DNA from: Corynebacterium sp.
GTDB lineage: Bacteria > Actinomycetota > Actinomycetes > Mycobacteriales > Mycobacteriaceae
NCBI GenBank assembly: GCA_030530985.1
Contig: JAUMTX010000003.1
Coordinates: 18,005-82,004 of the forward strand
Direction of reading: 5' to 3'
DNA: 64,000 nucleotides
The notes beneath the pieces were generated by a model, which was not told where the DNA came from, did no database searches, and saw only the letters and a list, made by a program, of their open reading frames with translations. Shown one piece after another: positions 21,651 to 30,619 of this stretch. The first letter of the stretch is position 1. Every line of letters begins with the position of its first letter. Both the position numbers and the translations under genes were made by a program.

Positions 21651-22723
21651 TGACCCGGGAGCAGATTCGCACCGCCCGCCGCCTGGTGGTAAAAATTGGC
21701 TCCTCCAGCCTCACGCGGCCTGACTATACGGTCGACCCGGCCCGCCTTGATGCTCTTGTCGACGCCATCGCCCAGCGCATTAAAGCCGGCAGCGAAGTCA
21801 TTGTGGTTTCCTCCGGCGCTATTGCCTCCGGCATTGGCCCCATGGGCTTGCACTCCCGCCCCTCCGACTTGGCTACCCGCCAGGCCGCTGCGGCGGTGGG
21901 CCAGGTGCACTTGGCCCAGGAGTGGGGCAGGAGCTTTGCCCGCTATGGGTTCACCACCGCGCAGTTGCTGCTAACCGCTTCTGATGCGGGTGATCGTGCC
22001 CGTGTGCGCAATATTCAGCGCACCATTGAGCGCCTCTGCCAGCTTGGGGTGGTGCCCATTGTGAACGAAAATGACACAGTCGCTACCTCCGAGATGCACT
22101 TTGGTGATAATGACCGCCTGGCAGCCGTGGTGAGTTTCCTCATTGGGGCTGATGGTTTGGTGCTGCTCTCCGATGTGGATGGGCTTTATACCGATAATCC
22201 ATCCAATCCGGATGCGCGCTTTATCGCCCAGGTTTCAGGTCCTGAGGACCTGGAGGGTGTTATTGCCGGTGAAGGTGGGGCAGTGGGCACTGGTGGCATG
22301 GCCACCAAGGTTGCTGCGGCCACCATGGCCACCCGCTCTGGTATTCCTGTGCTGTTGACCTCTGCTGCGCTGATTTCGCAGGCCCTTGGTGCTGCCGAGG
22401 TTGGCACCGCCTTTGCTGCAGGGGAGCGCAAGCTTTCCGCCTGGAAGGCCTGGGCCTTGGATGTGGCCGATGTTTCCGGTGGTGTGCGCGTGGATGAAGG
22501 GGCCATGAAGGCCCTGTTGTCTGGCGGGCACTCCCTGCTGGCTGTGGGCGTCACCGAGGTCATTGGTGAATTCCACACCGGCGATATTATTGAAGTACTT
22601 GGCCCTGTTGGGCAGCTCATTGCCCGCGGTGAGGCCGGTTGTGATTGGGATGAAGCCAAGGAACGCATGGGCCAGGCCCATGTGCGCCCTATTATTCATG
22701 CCGATTACCTTTCCCTTTCTTAA
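21638..22723 (+). CDS. proB: Glutamate 5-kinase
   Basis: [12 protein letters not shown] carries the amino-acid kinase motif. A C-terminal PUA domain is present. The start overlaps the obg end; an alternative GTG lies at 21650. Confidence 0.9.
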   Translation: MAGLVTREQIRTARRLVVKIGSSSLTRPDYTVDPARLDALVDAIAQRIKAGSEVIVVSSGAIASGIGPMGLHSRPSDLATRQAAAAVGQVHLAQEWGRSFARYGFTTAQLLLTASDAGDRARVRNIQRTIERLCQLGVVPIVNENDTVATSEMHFGDNDRLAAVVSFLIGADGLVLLSDVDGLYTDNPSNPDARFIAQVSGPEDLEGVIAGEGGAVGTGGMATKVAAATMATRSGIPVLLTSAALISQALGAAEVGTAFAAGERKLSAWKAWALDVADVSGGVRVDEGAMKALLSGGHSLLAVGVTEVIGEFHTGDIIEVLGPVGQLIARGEAGCDWDEAKERMGQAHVRPIIHADYLSLS

Positions 22724-22740
22724 AGTTTTGAAGGAATCCT

Positions 22741-23982
22741 ATGTCCGAAACTGCTGCTGTTCTTGAATGTGCCCGCGTGGCTAAGGCCGCCTCCCGTGAG
22801 GTGGCTAGGCTCAGTACCTCCCAGAAGAATGCTGTTCTGCGTGAGGCTGCTGCAGCCCTTCGTGCGCATAGTGCCTCCATTATTGCTGCTAATGCCAAGG
22901 ACCTGGAGGAGAATGCCCACCTTTCTGATTCTTTGAAGGATCGTCTGGCCTTGGATGAGGCCCGTGTTGATGGCATTGCCTCCGGTTTGGAGCAGGTGGC
23001 GGACTTGCCGGACCCTGTGGGTGAGGTTTTGGAACACCGCACCATGTACAACGGCATTGATATGAAAAAGGTGCGTGTGCCACTGGGTGTTATGGCCATG
23101 GTCTATGAGGCCCGCCCTAATGTGACAGTGGATGCATTCGGCCTGGCCTTCAAAACCAATAATGTGGCCTTGCTGCGCGGTTCCAAGACCGCGTGGCATT
23201 CCAACCAGGAGTTGGTGCGTATTCTGCGCGAAACCCTGGAGACCAATAATGTCACCCCGGATGCGGTGGTGCTGCTTCCATGCCAAACCCATGAGTCGGT
23301 GCAGGATGTTATTACTGCCCGTGGTTTGGTGGATGTGGTGATTCCACGTGGTGGTGCCGGTCTGATTCGTGCCGTGGTGGATAATGCCACCGTGCCTACC
23401 ATTGAGACTGGTGCCGGCAACTGCCATGTCTATATTCACCACACCGCCCCAATCCAGCGCGCCGTGGATATTGTTATTAATGCAAAGACCCGTCGCCCAT
23501 CGGTCTGCAATGCAGCCGAAACTGTGCTTATCGACGTTTCCTGGTCCGGGGTCGAGCAGTTGCTCCAGGCTTTGGTGGATGCGGGGGTCACCCTGCACGG
23601 CGACCCATCCGCTTTCCCTGGCTTTGCCGTTGTTCCGGCTACGGAACAGGATTGGGAAGAGGAATATCTTTCCAATGATATTGCGGTGAAGCTGGTTTCC
23701 GGTATTGATGAGGCCCTGGATCATATTGCTCGCTATTCCACTGGCCACACCGAGGCCATTGTGGCGGATGATGCTGAGGCCGAGCAGGCCTTTGCCCTGG
23801 GTGTGGATTCGGCGGCTGTCATGATTAATGCGTCCACAGCCTTTACCGATGGTGAGCAGTATGGCATGGGTGCCGAGATTGGTATTAGTACCCAGAAGCT
23901 GCATGCCCGCGGCCCAATGGCCCTGCCAGAGTTGACCTCCTATAAGTGGATTTTGACTGGTGAGGGGCAGACCCGCGCATGA
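22741..23982 (+). CDS. proA: Gamma-glutamyl phosphate reductase
   Basis: Aldehyde-dehydrogenase-family features are present, including the catalytic cysteine region [11 protein letters not shown]. The RBS is GAAGGAA. Confidence 0.9.
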   Translation: MSETAAVLECARVAKAASREVARLSTSQKNAVLREAAAALRAHSASIIAANAKDLEENAHLSDSLKDRLALDEARVDGIASGLEQVADLPDPVGEVLEHRTMYNGIDMKKVRVPLGVMAMVYEARPNVTVDAFGLAFKTNNVALLRGSKTAWHSNQELVRILRETLETNNVTPDAVVLLPCQTHESVQDVITARGLVDVVIPRGGAGLIRAVVDNATVPTIETGAGNCHVYIHHTAPIQRAVDIVINAKTRRPSVCNAAETVLIDVSWSGVEQLLQALVDAGVTLHGDPSAFPGFAVVPATEQDWEEEYLSNDIAVKLVSGIDEALDHIARYSTGHTEAIVADDAEAEQAFALGVDSAAVMINASTAFTDGEQYGMGAEIGISTQKLHARGPMALPELTSYKWILTGEGQTRA

Positions 23983-24581
23983 GGCGCATCGGCATTATGG
24001 GTGGCACCTTTGACCCCATCCACCACGGGCACTTAGTTGCCGGATCTGAAGTGGCGCACCGCTTTGGTCTTGATGAGGTCATCTATGTGCCCACTGGTAA
24101 TCCCTGGCAGAAAGATATTGGTTCCGTCACCGCCGCGGAGCACCGCTATTTAATGACTGTGATTGCCACCGCGGCCAATCCACGCTTTGGTGTATCCCGT
24201 GTGGATATTGATCGAGGTGGGCCTACGTATACCGTCGATACGCTCGCGGATTTAGCGGAACAATATCCGGATGCCGAACTGTACTTTATTACCGGCGCAG
24301 ACGCCCTGGCACGTATTGTGACCTGGCGTAACTGGGAGGAAATGTTCGAGCACGCCCAATTCGTTGGTGTGACCCGCCCCGGATACTGCCTGGATACGGA
24401 CGCAATCCCCGAGGGTGTTGCCCACCGTGTGCACCTGGTAGAAATCCCCGCCATGGCAATTTCCTCCACGGACTGCCGTGAACGCGCCGGCCGTGGCGAG
24501 CCACTCTGGTACTTGGTACCCGATGGAGTGGTGCAGTATATCGGCAAATATGGTTTATACGGCACAGAAAAAGTGCGATAA
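23979..24581 (+). CDS. nadD: Nicotinate-nucleotide adenylyltransferase
   Basis: [15 protein letters not shown] carries the (H/T)xGH nucleotidyltransferase motif. The start overlaps the proA stop (ATGA). Confidence 0.9.
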   Translation: MRRIGIMGGTFDPIHHGHLVAGSEVAHRFGLDEVIYVPTGNPWQKDIGSVTAAEHRYLMTVIATAANPRFGVSRVDIDRGGPTYTVDTLADLAEQYPDAELYFITGADALARIVTWRNWEEMFEHAQFVGVTRPGYCLDTDAIPEGVAHRVHLVEIPAMAISSTDCRERAGRGEPLWYLVPDGVVQYIGKYGLYGTEKVR

Positions 24582-24616
24582 GATAGAAAAGTTAATTTCC
24601 AATAAGAAGGTAGAAG

Positions 24617-25069
24617 ATGAGCCCAACTCCACAAGAGCAAGCAACCATCGCAGCCCTGGCTGCCAGCGAGAAGCTCGGCCAGGATATTAGTGTTTTTGAT
24701 GTGAGCCAGCAGCTCCCATTCGCAGACTATTTTGTTATCGTGTCTGCAGATAATGAGCGCCAGATTAGCTCCATTGTTGATGAAGTAGAAGATAAGATGC
24801 GTGAGGCTGGCGTCAAGCCAGTCAACCGTGAAGGTGTGCGCGATACCCGCTGGGCCCTAGTGGACTTCGGCGATATTATTGTCCACATTATGCGCGAATC
24901 CGAGCGCGAATTCTACAACCTTGATGGCCTGTGGGGCGACTGCCCACGCCTCGAGGTGGAGGGTATTGAATCCACCGTCCGCCCAGAGGATGCTGTCAAT
25001 ATTCGCACCGTTAGCTCCATCGACCAGATTCCACTGGCCACCCCATCCCCAGACGAGGATGAGCTATGA
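24617..25069 (+). CDS. rsfS: Ribosome silencing factor RsfS (Iojap)
   Basis: It is about 150 aa, carries DYFVI...IVHIM as in the RsfS family, and keeps the conserved position after nadD. Confidence 0.85.
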   Translation: MSPTPQEQATIAALAASEKLGQDISVFDVSQQLPFADYFVIVSADNERQISSIVDEVEDKMREAGVKPVNREGVRDTRWALVDFGDIIVHIMRESEREFYNLDGLWGDCPRLEVEGIESTVRPEDAVNIRTVSSIDQIPLATPSPDEDEL

Positions 25070-25776
25070 GCCGACACCTGATTCTTCTGCGTCACGGTGA
25101 AACCACCTATAACCACGAGGGCCGCATGCAGGGCCACATGGATACTCCACTGACCGATAATGGTCGTGAGCAGGCGCGTCGCGCAGGTGAGGCTCTCCGT
25201 GAAGCTGGAATCACTCGGATTCTTGCCTCCGATCTTTCCCGCGCCCATGAGACTGCCACCATCATTGGTGAGATGCTTGGTCTTGAGGTGACTGTGGATC
25301 CACGCCTGCGTGAAACCCACCTGGGTGACTGGCAGGGCATGAAGCATGTCGATATTGATGAGCAGTATCCGGGCGACCGTGCCCGCTGGGCTTATCGTGA
25401 GGACTGGGCCCCTAATGGTGGCGAAACCCGCACCCAGGTGATTGCCCGCTCCCGTCCTGTTATTCAGGACCTCATGGTTTCCTATCCTGAGTGGGAGCAC
25501 CAGACGGTGCTCATGGTCTCCCATGGTGGCACCATTAAGGGCCTGGCTAGCAGCCTTTTGGGCAACCGCGTCCTCATGAGTGGTTTGGGCAATGCCTGCT
25601 GGGCGCAGCTGACCGCCCGCCCACATTTTGATGGTTTTAATACTGATTTCAGTGGTGAGGGCGATGATTTTGTGCCGCACTCTGATTTCACTCCTGGTGA
25701 TGCTGAGCAGGCAGCCAAGGCCGACTGGTATCTTGACGGCTGGAACCTGGGCATGACCATTCGCCGCAGCAAGTAG
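25066..25776 (+). CDS. Histidine-phosphatase-family protein (phosphoglycerate-mutase-like; GpgP/Rv2419c-like)
   Basis: LLRHGETTYN carries the catalytic RHG motif. The second His lies in MVSHGG. The start overlaps the rsfS stop. Confidence 0.8.
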   Translation: MSRHLILLRHGETTYNHEGRMQGHMDTPLTDNGREQARRAGEALREAGITRILASDLSRAHETATIIGEMLGLEVTVDPRLRETHLGDWQGMKHVDIDEQYPGDRARWAYREDWAPNGGETRTQVIARSRPVIQDLMVSYPEWEHQTVLMVSHGGTIKGLASSLLGNRVLMSGLGNACWAQLTARPHFDGFNTDFSGEGDDFVPHSDFTPGDAEQAAKADWYLDGWNLGMTIRRSK

Positions 25777-25840
25777 GCGGATTCTAGCCCTGACCTGGGG
25801 CTTGTTCAATGAATTCTCTGGGATCTGTCATGCTTAGGGC

Positions 25841-26470
25841 ATGAAGAAGAATAGCTCGATTCGTGACCGAATCTCAGAGATTACCCAGCCCACCGGGGCT
25901 GAGGAGAAAATGCAGGTCAGTTACCCTAAACCGCGCTTTGCTGTAAAGCCGGTTCAGGTGATTGGATTCTTGGCCATCCTGGCTGTGCTGGTGGGTGGTT
26001 TGGTTTTGCGTGAACCAAGCCCGCCGGCAGCCCCGCCACCCACATGGGAGGAGCAGGAGGCTGGGCCAAGTATTCTTGTGGTTTCCGTGCAGGGGGCGGT
26101 GGCCAATCCGGGAATGTACACTGTGGAGGCCGGTGTGCGCGTGGGGGATTTACTGACCGTGGCGGAGCCACATTCCAATGCTGATATTAGTTCCCTCAAC
26201 CATGCCCAAAAGCTTGTCGACGGCCAACAAATCACCATCCATCGCATTGGTGAAGCCCCGGCCGCAGCCGCTGAAAGCGCCAAAGTGTCTATTAACACCG
26301 CCACCGCCGCAGAATTAGAAAAACTGCCCGGTATTGGGCCGGCCACTGCCCATGCCATTGTGGTGCATAGGGAAAAGAATGGGCCTTTTGAAAAACTTGA
26401 GGATATAACAGAAATCAAGGGCATTGGGCCACGAACCTTGGAGCGATTCATCGACCAGATTGAGCTCTAA
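25841..26470 (+). CDS. comEA: ComEA-family DNA-binding protein (SLBB domain plus tandem helix-hairpin-helix)
   Basis: An N-terminal TM anchor is followed by VNINTATAAELEKLPGIGPATAHAIV..., the HhH motifs. Confidence 0.85.
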   Translation: MKKNSSIRDRISEITQPTGAEEKMQVSYPKPRFAVKPVQVIGFLAILAVLVGGLVLREPSPPAAPPPTWEEQEAGPSILVVSVQGAVANPGMYTVEAGVRVGDLLTVAEPHSNADISSLNHAQKLVDGQQITIHRIGEAPAAAAESAKVSINTATAAELEKLPGIGPATAHAIVVHREKNGPFEKLEDITEIKGIGPRTLERFIDQIEL

Positions 26471-27825
26471 TGCGGGAGTTACGCCTGGTTCCTGCAGCCC
26501 TCACCGTCTGGCTCTGTGTGCTGCTGCCATGGTGGGGTGTGATTCCCGCCCCCGGTGCTGTTGTGGTGGCTGGTGCTTTTCTCCTTGCCTCCAAGCCTGC
26601 CATGGCGGCACTCAGTGGGATGAGTGGTTTCCTGGTGTGGCTGCGGGTCTATTTACAATCCACCTATGTGCCCGATGGGACGGTTCTTGCCCAGATTCTT
26701 AGTGCGCCCCGCCAAACCAAGACGGGGCGCTGGATTGCCACAGTGGAGATTGATGAGCACCGCTTTACGGTGCTGAGCAAAGACCCTTTGGGCACCAATG
26801 ACCTGTACCGGATGGATGTGTCTCTTATTGAGGATGCCTCCGGTACCTTGCTGCGTGCCAGCAATGTCTCTTTGGTGGAGCAGCGCACCACCTGGTCGGA
26901 GGCCGTCAAAGATATTTTCCTTGAGGCCGTGGTGCGCTTTGGTGGTGGGGAAGGGCTCATTCCCGGAATGGTGGTGGGGGATACGCGCCTGCAAAGCCCC
27001 AGCGACCAGACTGTCTATACATTGACGGGGCTTTCCCATTTGAGTGCTGTTTCTGGCTCCAATGTGGCCATTGTTCTTGCCACAGTGGCCATTGTAGCAG
27101 CCAAACTCAACCACCATCTGCGCCTGGGATTATGCGCCTTGGCCTTGCTGGGTTTTGTTTTTCTTGTTGGCCCTGAGCCCAGTGTGCTGCGCGCTGGGGT
27201 GATGGGGGCAGTGGGCTTGGTGGCTGTGCTTTTCCATAGCCGCATGGAGCCCATCCATGCGCTCAGTCTCGCTGTTATTCTTTTGCTCTTTGTGGACCCG
27301 GAATTGGGGCGGCACTATGGTTTTGCCCTTTCTGTGGCGGCCACAGCCGGGATTATTGGGCTCTACCCGGCCTTTCTACCGGCCTTTAGTCGCCTGCCCG
27401 CCATAGTGGCCAGGGCTCTTGCTGTTACCATTGCTGCCGATATTGTTACCCAGCCGATTATTGCCATGATGAGTGGGCGCATTAGCTTTGTCAGTGTGTC
27501 CTGCAATATGCTGGCGGCCCCACTGGTGCCGGTGGTCACGGTCCTTGGAATGCTGGCCTGTATTTTGAGCCTCATTCCCGGTAATTTTGAGGCCTTGCCT
27601 TTGCTTATTTGTCGCTGCTGTGCTTGGTGGATTGACCTGGTTGCCAATACGGCCTTTAGTCTGCCCATGGCCAATGTGGAATTAGGCATGGGGTTCATCA
27701 GTATTTTTTGGGCCACCATGCTTGCCCTATGGGTGCACGCAATTTTGTGGGGGATTACGCGCAAGAAAAAAGCGGGCCCCGAAGGACCCGCCATAGATAA
27801 AGGCTTGGTTAACAAGCAGGATTAG
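26470..27825 (+). CDS. comEC: ComEC/Rec2-family membrane channel protein (no C-terminal metallo-beta-lactamase domain)
   Basis: A polytopic membrane protein that overlaps the comEA stop (TAATG). The competence-domain region GLSHLSAVSGSNV is present. At 451 aa it carries only the transmembrane core. Confidence 0.75.
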   Translation: MRELRLVPAALTVWLCVLLPWWGVIPAPGAVVVAGAFLLASKPAMAALSGMSGFLVWLRVYLQSTYVPDGTVLAQILSAPRQTKTGRWIATVEIDEHRFTVLSKDPLGTNDLYRMDVSLIEDASGTLLRASNVSLVEQRTTWSEAVKDIFLEAVVRFGGGEGLIPGMVVGDTRLQSPSDQTVYTLTGLSHLSAVSGSNVAIVLATVAIVAAKLNHHLRLGLCALALLGFVFLVGPEPSVLRAGVMGAVGLVAVLFHSRMEPIHALSLAVILLLFVDPELGRHYGFALSVAATAGIIGLYPAFLPAFSRLPAIVARALAVTIAADIVTQPIIAMMSGRISFVSVSCNMLAAPLVPVVTVLGMLACILSLIPGNFEALPLLICRCCAWWIDLVANTAFSLPMANVELGMGFISIFWATMLALWVHAILWGITRKKKAGPEGPAIDKGLVNKQD

Positions 27826-28118
27826 CGCAGGAACGGTGGAATCACGGTTCGTGGCAGATAACCCATATCAACCAGGGTATTGTAGCCATTGGTCAGCAGC
27901 ACAGTGGTGGCTGCCATCCACACCAGACCCAGGCCGCTAAAGGCACCCAGGACGGATGCGCGTTCAGCAACAGACATATCTTCACTGGACAGGGCGCTAT
28001 TCACGCGGCTAATGGTCAGGCCGGAGCCGGTGGATTCTTCAGCACCAGCTGGGGCAACAACACCGGTCACCAGGGCAGCACTAAGGGCAGTTGCGCCGAT
28101 AATCTTCTTGAGCTTCAT
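27822..28118 (-). CDS. Small secreted, membrane-anchored protein (paralog 1 of 3)
   Basis: An MKLKK signal peptide ends in the AGA-EE cleavage site. There is a single C-terminal TM segment and a YNTLVD motif. The RBS is GAAGGA. Confidence 0.6.
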   Translation of the reverse strand: MKLKKIIGATALSAALVTGVVAPAGAEESTGSGLTISRVNSALSSEDMSVAERASVLGAFSGLGLVWMAATTVLLTNGYNTLVDMGYLPRTVIPPFLR

Positions 28119-28143
28119 ATCTATATCCTTCTTCGAATCGGCC

Positions 28144-28359
28144 TTAAAGTCGGCGGAGTGGCTCGATCATACGAGCATCAACCAAGGCATTATAGATGGC
28201 AATCTGGGCTGCCAAGATCACAGTCAGGGATGCTGGCACGAAAAGAATCTTGCCAACTACATCCTTGGTATCAGCATGAGCTGGGGCAGAAGGGGCAGAC
28301 ACAGCCAAGGAGGCTGCCGCGACTACACTCAAAGCAGCTGCAGTAAGACGCTTTTTCAT
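28144..28359 (-). CDS. Small secreted, membrane-anchored protein (paralog 2 of 3)
   Basis: An MKKR signal peptide ends in AHA-DT. There is a C-terminal TM segment and a YNALVD motif. The RBS is AAGGAG. Confidence 0.6.
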   Translation of the reverse strand: MKKRLTAAALSVVAAASLAVSAPSAPAHADTKDVVGKILFVPASLTVILAAQIAIYNALVDARMIEPLRRL

Positions 28360-28371
28360 TCTCGTGACTCC

Positions 28372-28575
28372 TTAGCTAGAGAAATTGGACTTGTACATGA
28401 CGGTGAGCATACCCACAACAATCACCAGTGCAACTGGAACTGCATATGGATTGACACCTGGATCAACGACCTGTTGTGCGACGGCATCCTGCTGTACTGG
28501 CTCAGCATGGGCAGGAGCAGTAATGCCAGCGGTCAAAGTTGCGGCGGCTACGAAGCCTGCAATTACTTTCTTCAT
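28372..28575 (-). CDS. Small secreted, membrane-anchored protein (paralog 3 of 3)
   Basis: An MKK signal peptide ends in AHA-EP, with a C-terminal TM segment. The RBS is AAGGAGAA. Confidence 0.6.
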   Translation of the reverse strand: MKKVIAGFVAAATLTAGITAPAHAEPVQQDAVAQQVVDPGVNPYAVPVALVIVVGMLTVMYKSNFSS

Positions 28576-28640
28576 ATGTTCTCCTTTGGTCTAAGGCCTA
28601 AAATATACCTTACTACAATAACGATGGTAAGGTAGGGCTA

Positions 28641-29531
28641 ATGAATCATCTAATCCTGGGCGAACAAGAATTCTTCGCCGACCGCATTCGCAGGGAGCTG
28701 ACTAAAGGGCTCCCTACTACGGTTATCAAAGCTAGCGAGCTTGTACAGGATCTCACCCCCATCGGCCCAACCCTCTTTGCGGAGGACCGTGCCGTGGTGG
28801 TCACTAATGTGCAAGATATCTCCAAGGCCTCCATTCAGCCTTTGATTAATGCACTTGATGATCCACAACCTGGACTCACTATTGTCCTCATGCACAATAA
28901 CAAGGGACGCTTCAAGGCAGTTATTAAAGACCTTGAAAAGAAATGTACAGTCCATGCGGTTCCCACCTTTGACTATAAAGAACGCGTGCCATGGGTGGTG
29001 CGCGAATTTAGCAACCTTGGGGTGCGCGTCAATAGCGAAATTGCAGAAACAGTCTTGGATGCGGTGGGCTCCGACCCCCGTGAACTCGCAGCCGCCATTA
29101 ACCAGCTGGTCGCCGATACCGAAGGCCAAGTGACCGTGAGTGCGGTGCGCGCCTACTATGGTGCCACCGCTGAGGTCTCCGGTTTTAATATTGCTGATGC
29201 TGTGGTGGCCGGTAATAGGGGACTGGCATTGACCAGTACGCGCCGGGCCCTGCAGATTGGTGTGGCCCCCGCACTCATTGTGGCCGCACTCAATATGAAG
29301 TTTTCTTTGATTGCGAAGGTCTATACTTCACGTCAGCAACCAGCCGATGTGAAAGATGCCCCATGGAAAATCCGCCAGGCCATGCAGCAGGCACGCCGCT
29401 GGCCGGAGGCGTCGATAAGCCAAGCAATGATCATTATTGCCGAATTGGATGCGGCGGTGAAGGGCCGTGGCGGCGAGATTGAGTATGAGGTTGAAAGCGC
29501 TGTGGCTAAACTTGCAGCACTTGCTAAGTAG
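28641..29531 (+). CDS. holA: DNA polymerase III delta subunit
   Basis: The length and features fit the delta subunit, and the gene keeps the conserved position between comEC and rpsT. An upstream alternative start is possible. Confidence 0.75.
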   Translation: MNHLILGEQEFFADRIRRELTKGLPTTVIKASELVQDLTPIGPTLFAEDRAVVVTNVQDISKASIQPLINALDDPQPGLTIVLMHNNKGRFKAVIKDLEKKCTVHAVPTFDYKERVPWVVREFSNLGVRVNSEIAETVLDAVGSDPRELAAAINQLVADTEGQVTVSAVRAYYGATAEVSGFNIADAVVAGNRGLALTSTRRALQIGVAPALIVAALNMKFSLIAKVYTSRQQPADVKDAPWKIRQAMQQARRWPEASISQAMIIIAELDAAVKGRGGEIEYEVESAVAKLAALAK

Positions 29532-29550
29532 CTAGCCGGGGCAGGGCATA

Positions 29551-29590
29551 AAAAAGGGGCTTGGCAGTGCCAAACCCCAGAAAGCCAAAA
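29551..29590. terminator. Bidirectional terminator between convergent holA and rpsT (A-tract, GGGGCTTGG...CCAAACCCC, A/T-rich tail)
   Basis: An inverted repeat with one mismatch. Confidence 0.65.
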
Positions 29591-29593
29591 ACC

Positions 29594-29857
29594 TTAGGCC
29601 ATCTTGTTAACAGCAGAAGCCATAGCGGACTTCTTGTTAGCAGCGTTGTTGCGGTGCAGAACGCCCTTAGATACAGCCTTGTCCAGCTTACGGGAAGCGA
29701 CGCGAAGCTGAGCAGCAGCCTCTTCCTTGTTACCAGCGGCAACTGCCTCACGGAGCTTGCGGATCTCGGTGCGAACAGCAGACTTTACAGCCTGGTTGCG
29801 GAGACGAGCAGCCTCGTTAGTGCGGATACGCTTCTTCTGGGACTTGATATTAGCCAT
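29594..29857 (-). CDS. rpsT: 30S ribosomal protein S20
   Basis: [15 protein letters not shown] matches S20. Confidence 0.95.
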   Translation of the reverse strand: MANIKSQKKRIRTNEAARLRNQAVKSAVRTEIRKLREAVAAGNKEEAAAQLRVASRKLDKAVSKGVLHRNNAANKKSAMASAVNKMA

Positions 29858-29992
29858 GTGTAAAAATACCTCTTGGTTCTAGAAATTGAACAGGAAACTG
29901 CCCATCAGCTTGTCGTTAGTGGAGACGAACCCAAGGTCCTGCCCGCCATCACGCTAACCTGATTTTGACAGCTTATCCAGTATATCAGAGAT

Positions 29993-30523
29993 TTAGCCCC
30001 AACCATATTCGGAGCGCATGCGGGCACTGACACGGTCAAAGCAATTCTGCGGCATGATGGTGCCTTGGCGGCGAACACCAGACTCAGAAATCTCAATGAT
30101 TTTATCCAGGCGCAGCCAGCAGGAGCGGCCCTTATCATCCCAGGCGCCGGAACCAATATCCACCCAGTTTTCTTCCTTGGAGTGGTCCCCATGTGGGGAA
30201 ATGAGCTGGCCAAGCAGGGCGCGCTTGGTGCGGCCAATAACCAAAATGGCGCGTTCCTCATGCAGATCATCAACCTTAATCCACACAATTTCGCCTGGTT
30301 CTGCCTGGCCATCCATGGTCGGGGCATAGTACATTGCCAGGTCGATGGTTTCGGCCCGGTGGGTGGTGATATTGGTGGAGTAGCGGTGATTGGTGGCATG
30401 GTGGCCCGTGCCCATGTGGTCACTAATCTTGACCAAAGCCTTATCCACATCCTCCCGGCCGGGGCCCAGGAAAATGCGGCGGAGCCGTGCGCGCCACGGC
30501 GACCCTTCTTCGACGGCATGCAT
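29993..30523 (-). CDS. PemK/MazF-like domain protein with an N-terminal extension (176 aa); no antitoxin gene nearby
   Basis: The core GEIVWIKVDDLHEERAILVIGRTKRALLGQLI resembles the MazF/PemK GDIVWVDF...RPALVxS pattern. The overlapping ORF 29905..30726 is a shadow. Confidence 0.45.
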   Translation of the reverse strand: MHAVEEGSPWRARLRRIFLGPGREDVDKALVKISDHMGTGHHATNHRYSTNITTHRAETIDLAMYYAPTMDGQAEPGEIVWIKVDDLHEERAILVIGRTKRALLGQLISPHGDHSKEENWVDIGSGAWDDKGRSCWLRLDKIIEISESGVRRQGTIMPQNCFDRVSARMRSEYGWG

Positions 30524-30619
30524 AGTGGAATTTTAGCACGCACCATATAAGCTAGGATAGAAAGGTTCAAATAAAAAGCCTTAGAGAATATAGGGTTCAC
30601 GCGAAAGGGATTATCGACC

